A stretch of 64,000 bases of DNA, from contig NC_045697.1 in NCBI RefSeq assembly GCF_009834535.1, forward strand, positions 87,732,001 through 87,796,000, read 5' to 3'. A program made the position numbers and the translations under genes. The stretch is from Camelus ferus (Eukaryota). Below are positions 11,499-23,699 of the stretch, piece by piece. The notes under the pieces were generated by a model. That model was not told where the DNA came from and ran no database searches. It worked only from the letters and a program-made list of their open reading frames with translations. The stretch's first letter is position 1. The number at the start of each line of letters is the position of its first letter.

Positions 11499-13689
11499 TT
11501 CATTGTTTTTATCTGTCTTAAACACCATATGGCCCATCAATTCAACCCATCTTTAATATGCTTTACTGATTGACTTACTTTCTGATATTTCTTATGAGTT
11601 TTATCCATTCCATTTTTTCCTGACTTCTATAGCAAAATTGAACACTCCCAAACAATGCAGAAACCACATGTTAAAAATCCCACAAAAGGCCATCCTCACA
11701 GGTACAGATAAGTTGAATGTGTTCAACTGGGTCCCTTCTGTTGAACATGTACAAGGATGCCATGCTACCTTGATGAGTCTCACCTTTGCCTCACATCCCC
11801 AATGGATCTGAGGAGGATGTCTTGGGAGTTTTCCAGCACTTCAGGCTAGACAGACTCAAATTCAATGTGTAGGTTTTCCCAGTTGAGAATTTGTAAATTC
11901 TCTGTTTACAGTCTGAAAGTGAAATACACTATTTAGTTATGCCAATACATTGGTGAGGGCTTTGTGGGCAAGGGCAGACTGTATCTGTAAACCTTGGTTG
12001 TGCATATAGCTTTCAGAGAAAAGAAGTCAGTTTGCACACATGCGGGATCACACATTCTGATCATTTAAGAGAAGTAAAGCAGTTTAAAAACTACATTTGG
12101 CTTTTGTTTCAAGTTTCAAATATGAAAAAATAAACAACAGATCATTATGTTTTCAAAGTAACAGCAGATCAAGGAGGCTATTGTCTGCTTAACTAGTTCA
12201 GAAAAATGTGGCTTTTGATAAACTTTTGAACTCAAAATTAGAGACCAGTCTACTTTGTTTTCACAAACACTGCTAATAACTGATTGGGTTTGTTTTCACC
12301 TTTCCTCACTTGAAAGTCTTTTATGGTGGTTGAAGATGGACTGAAAGGTGAGGTTTTTCCCTGATATGGAAAGCCAGTTTATGTTCTCTTGAATCAAAAT
12401 ATTTATGGTAAAACAGATGAAGTCAGGTTCCTTGTCTCAGGAATCCTTGGTTAGTAACAAGCACAGCCTGTTTCTAAAGGATAAGACTCGTGTTAGCTGA
12501 ATTTAGTTCATTGATTCCATCTTTTCATTTAGAAGGTTTTTTCCCCTTAATTTGTATTTGAAGAATGAAAAGGCATTATTAATATTTAGTTGTCTTAACA
12601 AGGTTTCATATCCTAATACAGAAAATGGCTTATTAGGATCTCTTCAATTACACTGGAACTATTAAACAAGCCAATTTTTAAAAAAGTTAGTCTCTACCTA
12701 GATATTTTCTTAAAGAATTGATCAGTAGCCACTACAGTAAAATTATTTGCTTCGGGATGAAAAAATTCAGTTAAAAGACTCAATTTCATAGAAAGAAAGC
12801 AGTTTTTAAGCAAATGTTATATAATAAATGAACTGGATAAGTACTAATTTGATTCATGTTTGCTATGATCAGCCAAGTGGCCACTATTTGCTATTCTGTT
12901 ACAATGAGGGTTTAACCTTGCATTTTCTGTTCATGTTGTCACCAGGTTGTAATTTTCTTGGAGATCGATCCTCCAAGAATTACATAAAGGAAATTTTACT
13001 AATTAGTCCATGAAGGTGTTTTAAGTGTCTTATGGTCCATTAGTTACACTTTGATGTTCAGCACCTATTAAATAAGCCAAGGTTTAGGCAGCAAGGAAGA
13101 AAGCAATGCTTTCTTACTGCTACTAAGAATTACCAAAGATGACAAAAATTTGTAATAAGGTTATTTAGTTGTAACATAAAATCTGAAAAGTATTTTAAAA
13201 TGACATTTAAACACTTTTTATTAAGAGATGATATGAGAAATAAGAAGGAACAGATTGAATCTGAACTCATCGTGAAATCAGTGATGCACCGTGCCTGTGT
13301 GCCCACCCCAACTCCAAATAAACAACACTTGTAACCAAATACAGCACAAATATCTCACGTCACTAAGTTAGAGACTAGACAAAAAATTTTTGGAGTATGA
13401 GAACCTTAGTATTAGGCTTCAAATTTAGAATTCCAAAATCTAGAATTTATAGTGAGCTCTTTATTTAAAAAATAGTCAGAAAACTTCATCTTGCCTAGAG
13501 CAACTGTAGCTCAAACTGGATTGAGCAGAACTACACATAAGGGGCTGCAGATTGGGCTGGTACCTTGGGAAGAGTGAGGACCATTGCCAGCAGTCCACAT
13601 GGCTGCCTCTTCTCACTTTAATTTGGGAAGATGGGGGAGGTGGAATGGGAACAAGGGGAACCAAGTCATAGAGCTTCTGCACTCTACTG

Positions 13690-13960
13690 TCCCTTGCATC
13701 TGTCCCGTGCTTCTAGTCCATGTTGTCTGGACCAATGCAGTAGCATCTTAAATCATCTCACTTTTACTCTCCCCATAATACATACAACACCAAACTCTTT
13801 TTCTGAGTGAAGCCCTAAGATTACTTTTCTCCTGTTCCAAAAATATTTTCAGTAACTCTTTACCTTGTACTGAATTGATTTAAATAATAAATTGGCTTCT
13901 GGCATTTAAGGCTTCTGTAATAAGATTCCCCCCTCCCCCAATTTCCAGTCATTATACCCT
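13690..13960 (+). mobile_element. L2 fragment
   Basis: Diverged L2-like text 'ctggaccaatgcagtagcatcttaaatcatctc...ctggcatttaaggcttc'. Confidence 0.5.
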
Positions 13961-14537
13961 TGAAGTGTGCTCTCCAGTCTTAGGTACATGAAGGGAATGA
14001 CTTGGCAGAAGAACTCTCAACTATCATGAATGCATTGGAATTACCACTGACATAACACAAGTGTGGGTTACATGATGTTATTAATGTGAATTCTATGCTG
14101 TGCTATCTCATTTTACCATTTGTGCTTGTCTCACACATATGAGGCAAGATCCTCTATTTTGACTGTATATCATCTTGTTAGCTTTATGGGAGGGCTCCCA
14201 GGAGATCCACTGTAATTACAGAGCAGATAACTCTGGACTCCTGTTTCTTCCTCATATATTGAGTGGTCCCACAATGTCTTTAAAATCCAAACATCTGAGA
14301 GTGTCTTTACTGTAGAGACAGCTAGAATTTCCCCTCTAGAGAGAAAAGAGGGGTGGCCAGCGGCACACCTGCGGAAGTCTTACTTCTGAAAGAGCACTGG
14401 GTGTCTAAATAGGATCGTATCTGGCTTGATAAACAAGCAACTTTCAGAGCGGAAACTCCTCATGTTCCAGTATTGACACTTTATGCCATGTGTCTTTGAG
14501 CAACTTTTGAATCTCTCTTCCAATATTTAAAAAAGTA

Positions 14538-14562
14538 AAAACAAAACAAAACAAAACAAAAC
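14538..14562. repeat. (AAAAC)n microsatellite
   Basis: aaaacaaaacaaaacaaaacaaaac. Confidence 0.85.
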
Positions 14563-15279
14563 GAAAGATAAAAAAAAGCAATTGGGATTAAAGAGGTATT
14601 TAAATAAAAATATTTGGATACTCAACTGAAAATAACTTTGTCAATAGGTTTGCTTGTTTTTTTTGAGCACTAACATCAGTCAGATCCAGAAACTGAGAAG
14701 TAGCATGGGGCGCAGGAATTTGTAATTTTGGCATCTATAAAGACAGATGTTGATGATTGAGCCCTCCTTAAAAAAAAGTTCTATAAAAATATACTTTATG
14801 TAGATTCACAAATGCTTTATAATCATTTAATTTTAGTTCAAGGTTTTTCTAGTTTGGGGGAAGTGGCATGGAAAATTTAGTAACAACCATGACTTAAGAA
14901 TGGAGTTTATAGACGTGGATGTTTCTGCTTTGAAAATACAAGTATTAGTTCTCTCATTCTAAAAATAGGTTGAAAATAGCTTTTAAATGTTATTTATCAG
15001 CTAGGGGCTGCCTGATACATAATACTTTCAAGTAAATACTCATGCTTTTTATAAAGAGAAATGATAAAGACGAGCCTCTTTGTGGATGTTTCCATTAGGG
15101 GTTTAGACACATGCTCTTTTTTTTTTTTTTTTAAACTAGCTGATCTTCCAGCAGGAATGTATTATTTAACATCTACTAGTATGTGGTATATACTAGTAGT
15201 ATTTTGTACAAAAGCAGGTGCTGTGAAGGATACAGAGAGATTTAAACCTGAACAAATATAATCTAGTAAAAATGGCATC

Positions 15280-15860
15280 TAAGCCCCAGTTCTCCAGAAA
15301 ATAGAGCCTGTGGTGAAGCTAATGTGCTAATGTTTCATTGGAGGAGTATAATGCCAAGGGAAGTGAGGAGGGAAAAATGGATGGGAGTCAGAGATGGAGG
15401 AAGAGTAAATACAAATGTCACGTTATTATGTTGGCCAGAGCTCAACAAGAAAAGACCGCATAAACAGGGTGTCTCTGGAGAAGCAATATGGCGTGTTGTG
15501 CGCTGAAATAGTGGCCAAGGAAGGTATAGCTGAGAGAATGTGCTGTCTCCTCATCCTTCCCCTCTCTCCCTCTCTTTCTGTCTCTTTTGAATTCCCTGCA
15601 CTTTCAGGTACTGCTCCCTGGCCCTTCTGTGCAGCCCCCCAGATCAGCCAGTGTCTCCGAGTGCTGATGCGTGGGACTGAGGTGTTGGGGAGTGTTTGGC
15701 TCCAACTGTCCAGGTGCCAAGGAGACCGCGCTGCTGGAAGACAAGGTGATGCTGGGGAGAGGAGTCCAGGCTTTCAACGTGAGAAAGCAGGACAAGCAGC
15801 AGAGGCAAGCTGGGGCAAATGAGAACAGTCCCATCTGGGGAGGTGCATAAACTGGGCCTC
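15280..15860 (-). mobile_element. Ancient ERVL-type LTR (LTR16/33/41-like)
   Basis: 'agttctccagaaaatagagcctg...tgtgctaatgtttcattggaggag...gggaagtgaggagggaaaa' resembles antisense ERVL LTR 3' ends; subfamily uncertain. Confidence 0.55.
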
Positions 15861-17919
15861 CAGGAAATAGCATTTTCTACTGGATGATGGTTTAAAAAAG
15901 TGCTTTAGGTGTTCAGAGAATTGAGAGATCCCTGGCTCTTTTGAAATTGTTTTTGAACCTTTATTTCAAGCAAGAGGAGGAAGCAAACATTGAAAGTATG
16001 CCTGCACTGTGCCAAGACTAATTTGTTTTAAAAGAAAGTGGGAATAAACACCGGATATGCAGACTTTGTAGTGGAGAATACAGCATATTCAAAGAGAAAC
16101 TAAAAAACTTGGAAAGGAAGAATGAAGGGTCACATGGACGTGATTCTAAAATGGATTTAATCGCGTTTAAATATAGATCTATAAAAATGGTTAGCCAAAT
16201 AAAATAATTTGTCTTACATTTCATAGTTCTGGTGTCAAGAAAAGATCCTCTTCTATTACTTTGACAATCACTCTTATGACACATAAGAGAAAAATACAAA
16301 GTGGACCAAAAATAAATTCCTCATTTCAAGTATGATGGTGAACAGAAATAGCTAGCCTTTTTAAGGTTTCTGATTTATTTATTTACTTCTCTACATCATG
16401 GAAAACACTTTGGTTACTTTTTTTAAAATTGTAATTTCAAAGAACTATATAAGAGAGCATTTGTAGAAAAAGATCCACAGACCCAGGCAATGTTACAAGT
16501 AAATAATTAATAAAAATGATCTTAAACTATAAAAGTAAGGAACATCATAGGTCCATCTTTTTGTTTTAGGCTCACCTTTGTCTTCCCAGAAAATTTTGCA
16601 TTTTATCCTCTAAAATAGTGCTTCTTGGAGGGAAATGCTTTGTTTGATATTGAAATATGTAGCAAAATCTGTATAAAAAGCACTTCGTAGAGATAAACAG
16701 GAAGTCATTCAATCTTTGAAGGGAACTTGTAAAACTAGTTGCTGGTGCCAAAAGGAGTAGAAAAGCTGTGATTTTTGTTGGTTCTCTCTAGCCGAGTGGC
16801 CTTCAGGCTGAGGCGGGGTCGGGTGAGTGCAGAGCATGGCGGCAGCCTGCTGGCGGCTGTCTTGGGTAATAGCATAATGCTCTCTCTGCAGTGAGTTTCC
16901 AGTGATAATAATTGATCTAATTAGCTGTGGTTTCTGCTTCTTGGGGAATTCTGCTTTTTTGGACTTCGTATAATTCCTCTATAGGGTCACCTTTACCAAA
17001 CTGGTAACTCAAGGTCAGGGTTCTTAACTATTTTTCTGCCTCCCTAATATCCCCATGAGTGATACTCCCTGGGGTGAAGGGGTGGCCCACCTGGGCTCCT
17101 TGGAGCTGACCTTAGAGTCTTGGAAGCACGTGCCTTACTTGACAAAGTTGCCTTGAGATAGTGGTGCGTTCCTTCCAAGGGTTCCTTCAAAGCTTCTAAT
17201 TGAGCATATTTGTTCTAAAAATCAAAGAAACTCTTCAAGATTGTGCAGCATGATCTTGGCCAATTCTGAGCATAAGAAGGCGAAATCTCTCTGACGCTTT
17301 CGAATGCACAAAGAAGGTCTGTGTGGAACCTCCATATTACAGAAGCAGGTTGTTTGTTGAAGAGTCTTTCATAGGACTTGTCTGGTTGTGTAATGTGATA
17401 TCAGCATCTCAGCCAGTTATCTTGCTGGCTCTGTTAGGTTCGGGATGACTGAGCCCTTCTCGGCATGGCTGTAGTTTCAGATCCTCTGTCAGTGGTACTT
17501 ACAAAACGTCAGTGTAGCAAGTCTTACCTCAGTTTGGATAAGCAAGATATTTTGTGACCTCTAAAAACTCATTAACATTACTAATACTTGTTCCTTTAGG
17601 ACAAAAACTCTCGACGTTATTTACTTTCACTAACCATATAATGCCCTCAAGTCTGGATGTCCAATAGCCAATTTGTTACTACAAACTTTTGTTGGACATC
17701 TTATTTGATTCCACATTAGGTCCAGGCATATAAAGACAACTAAGTGAAAATTTAAAATGAGGCAGAAAAATCTACAGGAAGCAGAAAGAACCAAGTAAGA
17801 TAAAGTCTCTTACAGTAAAGGCAACAAATTCAAGTCCCATCACTAGACTTTGAAGGCATTATATATTTTAACACAATAGTATCTGCACCTGGGTTCCCAA
17901 GAAAACTATAATTGTTTTA

Positions 17920-18040
17920 GGCATATTCTGTTTAAGAAGGCATGGAACACAGGTATGTACATCTGGGTAACCTACCCAGTTGTATACATAAGATCTATGT
18001 ACTTTTTTTGCATGTAAATTATAATTCAATTAAAAGGAGG
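17920..18040 (+). mobile_element. Old L1M 3' terminal fragment
   Basis: 'acaggtatgtacat...ttgtatacataagatctatgtactttttttgcatgtaaattataattcaattaaaa' is typical of L1M 3' ends. Confidence 0.6.
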
Positions 18041-20304
18041 TATAAAAGTATATATTATATTCAGAGTCATTAGAAAAATGGAGGCTCCTTTGGATAATCC
18101 CCCACCTATTCACCCATTTATTCAGAATATTGGTTACCCAGCGGTTCTGTGTAGCTCAGGCTTTCTGTGTTCTAATGTATGGTCTGCATTTAGCACAGCA
18201 TTGAATTCCTCTTTGTTTCTCTCACTGTTACCTTTGGTGAATAATTTAGCTCGTTAAGCATGATCGTTAAGTAACTGCTCATTTAACTGATGTTTTTTCA
18301 AACCTGCACAATATGTTCTCATCCTATATTAGTATCACATTCTTCAGTCTCACGTGAGAGACTAAATGCTATAATTATAAAAATAACTTCAAGTGTGTCA
18401 TGCTTTGGGGATTTTCTAGAACACTAGACGAGGCCAGAGCAATTTTCACAGTGGCCACAGATTTAGAACAGATATTCTGGTGCCCTACAAGCCCTTGCAG
18501 CCCCCAGGACGCCACACTCCAGGGTTACAGATCCCAATTTTGAACATTATGAAACTTCCTCCTCAGTAACAGACAAACTGATTCTGTGGTTAGAGAGCCT
18601 GTGCTTAGAAATAAGGCAGGCTAAAAATGTGAATTTATGCAGTTTGGAGAAAGCATAGAGATAATGTCTACTTTAATTCCTGTGTTTTTCCAAACACAGA
18701 GAATAGGCCAAAGGTCATGAGGGGAAATTAAAGAAAAATAGAAAACAGATGTTAGGAAGCTCAGTATAAGACTGGAAACACGAGCAGCAATGAATAGTAT
18801 TAAAGAAAAAACAGACCGCTGTTTAAAAAAAACAAAACAAAAAAAACCCCAGAAAGTGAAGATCTTATGAAAGTTCTATTTTCATACTGATATATTTAAA
18901 ATAGTTTGACTTTTTAATATTTTACTAAAGTGATTTGATTTCATTTTTCCCTTCCTTACATTTAGAGATACAATTTGGGAGCAAAAGACAATCTTAAAAC
19001 CCACCCATTACAAACTCCATCTGAAAAGATGATGCCTCAAAAAGCCTCATCTTAGCAACCAAAATTGCAGACATCCCTCCCCACCCCCACCCCCAGTATC
19101 AAACTTTAACCAAAAAAAGCTGTTCTTTTCTTTCAATTGACAGTGGTTGTTACTTTTCAAAAGACATTTGTTCTCAAATTATCTTTCCATTAGGACACTT
19201 GAATAGTTTCCTTGACATTAATAAGAGCTATGTAGATATACTATGGTGAGAAATAGGGACTTAGGCAGAAATTCATTTTAGATTACAAAATACACAGAAT
19301 GCCTCTAAAATGAATTGTTGACTTTTCTGTTATATAGAGAGGATATATATGTTTTGACATGTTTTGACTTTTATATATTATCTTCAGCTAAAATAAAGGA
19401 AGATTTGTGAGATCAACAAAAATATATAAATGTGTGTATGATGTCTTAAAATCTTATGAACAAACACATCATGAACTTCTAGAGTCTGTCCTGAAACTTC
19501 TTCCTTTGTTACCTTTTAGGAAGTCAGGTAAGAGTCATAAGAATGAAAAAGAGCTATTGTAAAATGATTTCCAAGCAATTTCCAGAATTTAAAAGCATGC
19601 AAAAAATGAAGAGAAATTATTCAAAATACATATTCCTCAGCTTATCTTTTCACCCAAAATCCCCACTGATGCTTTTCTTTTGTCTCTATGTGTTTGTTTT
19701 GTTTAGTATTAACCAATTGACTTAAATGTTGACAAAGGGGATTTGGCATGGACCTGTAGTAGGTATGTCATTAAGAGGATGTAAGTAAGGATCGTTGCTG
19801 GATGCATTACATTAGAGATGTAATTATGAAGACAGAAGACTCAGCGCAACAGCTAAGGCATGGATGCCGAAAGTGGACTTGGAAACCTAGAAAGGAAAAT
19901 GAATTCCTTCGTAGGAGGGACTTCACAGTCATCCCGGTCATGTGTGCTAAGGGCAATGACAGCAGTGGACCAAGGAAGAGCCTGGGAGCCACCATGTCCA
20001 GACTCATCAGCCTCAAGCACATCACCCTCCCTCGTCCTCTCTTGCTCTCACCCTACCCTGCCAAATGCAATCCATAGTGTATCATTTTTATGTGCATTCT
20101 TATTTTCTTATGAGTAGACACATTAACGTGATGGGTTTAACCATAGTTCATCTTATTTATGAGCCTCTGGTTAAATGTTAATAGCCTGAAGTCAAATATC
20201 AAACACAAGAATTTAGAGCTAAAAATCTTGCAAGCCCTACCTACTAACTATCCAACAGGATCATGATCCAGACCGCCCTGTTTCTTTAGCTGTTTTAATT
20301 TTAT

Positions 20305-20550
20305 CAACAGTGAACCACTTACCGTGCTTATTAAATGCTAGGCACTGTCTGAAGTGCTTTTGATATGTTAATTCATTTAATTCTAAAGACAACCACATGA
20401 GACAGCTATTATTATTATCATCTCCATGTTAAATCTGAGAAATTTTAGGCACAGAGAAGTCAAGTAATTTGCCCAAGGTCACACAGCTAGTGAGTGGCAG
20501 AACGGGGTATGACTCTGGAATCTATGCTCTTAACCACCGTACCACTGCCT
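20305..20550 (-). mobile_element. MIR SINE, near full length
   Basis: Core 'aggcacagagaagtcaagtaatttgcccaaggtcacacagctagtgagtggcaga' and end 'gctcttaaccaccgtaccactgcct'. Confidence 0.9.
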
Positions 20551-22199
20551 GAGGCTTTTCACAGTTGCCAGATAAAACATTTTATGATCATCTTTTATTA
20601 TTGGAAGGGGTCAAAATTATTGGATTGGAAGTGTGCTTGAGTTGTTCATGTTGTACAGATAGTGATGGGGAGTTTTCGCCCAACTGCAAGTCTGTTTCAT
20701 GTGTTGACTATACTGCTTGCCCCAGGCCACACATCACTAGACATACTACCTAATATTACCCTGTAAATTCATCATTGTTCTGTCTGTAGTGTGAGTAACT
20801 CATAGCCTCAACATTAGCAAGATAAACTGATTCTTAATAAAACAAGACAAGATTAAGTTTGAAGACTAATTAAAAAGAAGGAAGCTGATCTCATATCTAT
20901 TAAATTTCTAGTTTGGTCTGTTTGGAAAACGTCCAAAAGGTTAATATATGTGTTTCACTGAAGAGTAATGAAAATTCAGGACTAGTGGGACATTCGGTAA
21001 GAGTGAAAAGAAAGGAGACACAAAATATGAAATCAAGAAGACTTTACAGAAAAATTCCTTTTGCCTCACATTATACAGAGCCTTCATACATAGGAAAAGG
21101 TTAACCTGAGATCCATCTTGCCCTGCATATCAGTAATCTTTATTATTAAGACACAACAACTTTATTTCATAATCATTTTCTTCCGGCCAACCAGCTGTGG
21201 TTACTCAAGGCAGATTAACTAGAACCTGATGGATTTCAGCCCCTGTTCAGCAATGCCAGCCAAATACTGTAATTACACAGGATGCAGGCTGAGATAATGT
21301 TGACCTTGTACTTAGAGATAGACCCAGATAAGTGAACTGTCAGATTTGCAGGCCAGGCTTTTCAATCACTGGTGCTGTATCTGTGAAGAGAAAGGGACGG
21401 GAAAGGGAAAAGAAAAACACCAAAAAACAAAACCCCTCATCATTTTATCTGTCTGGAAAGAAGGTATCTAATAAAGACTAAGCCTTCAAGAGATAGGAGT
21501 AGGTTCACCGGTTTAGAGCTTAGAGAGCAGGGTGGAGGATGTGCTTCCCTGAGGTGCACGGAATCTGTGTCCTTTTGAGCCCATATGTTCTGCGGATCAG
21601 GCGTGAGAGAGAGCCTTTCTATTTGGCAGTTTGCACAGCACACTGCTGATGTTATGAAATTTACATTAGGTTGAAAAAACAGTCCTTGTCATACTTTATC
21701 CTTTTGGAGGAAATGGATTTCCTTAATAAGAGCACTGCTTTATTTCCCTCATGAATTCTGATAGGGAACACATTCCTGAATGGCGTTCTACCAAAGAGAG
21801 GGGCTGCGAGGGAATGGCTTATTATTCTAAAAATTTTAATGGCCCAGAAGCAAAATATCTTTGGTCCTTATATTCCAGACATAAATGCTTAAATTCAAAT
21901 AACAAGTGCCAAGGCCTCTGAGATATAACTGTTGGAAATCAACCAAAGATGAGGGATCCAGCGGGTATTTGTTAATGGTTAATGACTAATACCCTAAATC
22001 GTTTGGTTATTATTAACTAGCACAAAATGGCTCACATCTAGGTCCTTGTAACCATATTAAACTATGCAGAAGTTCCCTTACTTTAATAAACTTTAAGTTA
22101 AATGTGAAAATATTTCACAAATATCAAGCATGGTTTCCTTTTAGTTTAGTGCTCCCTGGAGCTCTGCACATTGAGATGTTTGAGCCTTTGCTGATGGAT

Positions 22200-22545
22200 A
22201 TTCTTTTCCAAGGGGTGTCTCTGTGCCCATCCACTTTCTCCTGGTGAGCTCTGCCTCACTTTTCAAAGCCTGTATCAGGACTCCCCCACATCTTTGCCAT
22301 TTTCATTACCATATTCCTTTTTCTTTCTTCCAGTAATTAATTTCTCCTTCATAGCATAATATCCCTGCATCGGTTACCATGTGTATCACACTACTATTAT
22401 TGTTGTTGTTGTTACTATTATTTAATAGGCCATTTCTCCAGCTAGAAGTCTTTAAGGACAAAGGGGCTTATTTGTCTTTGACCTCTAGCACAAAAGCACC
22501 AGGAGCACGGCAGGCATTTAATAAATGTCTGTTGACTGTATGGGT
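22200..22545 (+). mobile_element. L2 3' end
   Basis: Ends 'ctagcacaaaagcaccaggagcacggcaggcatttaataaatgtctgttgactg'. Confidence 0.7.
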
Positions 22546-23349
22546 GCATGTGCAAACGGTAAAACAATTCATCCTAAGGAAAGAGGTTAGTCTCTAGTAT
22601 AGCTGCTGACTTTCTATTCTTTCAAAATATCGAAGAAGCAAGACGACGTTTTCTGATATGCAAAGCCAATCGTAGACTAAGAGGCACCTGAAAGACGGCT
22701 TCGCTCTTGAGTATATTACAGCTCTTTTTCGCTGTTTTTCAATCCCTCTTCATAGAGAGGAGGAAAATTCCTCTCAGCAATCCGAAGAATTTGTAGAAGA
22801 AGCACTTCTATCTTCTCTCCCACCCTTTCCTCACTCCCTCCACTGACTGTGGAAAATGGGAGGAAACACATTAGTGTTAGCTTACTGTTTTCTGGGTCCT
22901 CATGATATTTCTCCTGCTCTGCTTTTCACACTCCGGCAGCACAGCAAGGGAAGTCTGCATCTTGTTCTTTGGGAGGGTGAGTATTTTTAATTCAGGGTTA
23001 TTTATTAGGCCTGCAGAAGAATGCGGCCTACTGGTAACAAAGCTGTTCTTCTTTATTGGTAACAAAGGTGCTATTGGACCTCCATTTGTCTGACTCCTGT
23101 GTCCATGTTTCCTAAGTATCCAAACTCAGATAGGTAGTTATTGCTTTCTCCCCAAATCACCCCACTACAATGTCTCTAGTTTTGCATGACCGGAATACTG
23201 GGGAATTATGAAATTTCAGTGAACTCTTATTATAAATACACTGAACTTAATTGATATTTAATATTTTAAAACACAGAATTAAGGCAGAGATAGCCAATAA
23301 TCTTAGTTCCTAAAAAATTATTTCAGAATCATTCAAAACACGTCTCTTT

Positions 23350-23645
23350 TCACAGGATGACATTAGACTTATAGAGATCTCAACCCTCATCTACTACAAG
23401 TATTGACGACAGCCCACCTTCTGGCTGATTAGGCCACTTGGTTTCAGTTTGAATCTAGTAATGGGAAACCCACTAACTCTTGGGACTTCCTGTTTGGTTG
23501 TTGAATAACTCCAGGAATTAGTACTTTATTTTATTAAACAAGAATTCAATTCTTTGTGAATTTTTCAAGTTCTTCTCTCTGGTAGAATAAAAGCAAATCT
23601 ATTTCTATTTTTTCTGTGATAACCCTTTAGATTTTTAATGTATTT
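23350..23645 (-). mobile_element. L3/CR1 LINE fragment (very ancient)
   Basis: 'cagtttgaatctagtaatgggaaacccactaactcttggg...ttgttgaataactcc...agcaaatctatttc...tgtgataaccctttagattttt' follows the antisense L3/CR1 3' region. Confidence 0.6.
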
Positions 23646-23699
23646 CTGTGGAATCAAGGACCATATGTCTTTTATCTGCATACCCCCTTCTCTGCTTAA

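Noticed and set aside
15415..15873. 135-aa and 89-aa ORFs
   Set aside because: They lie inside an old LTR-like repeat; low-complexity translation with no homology I recognise.
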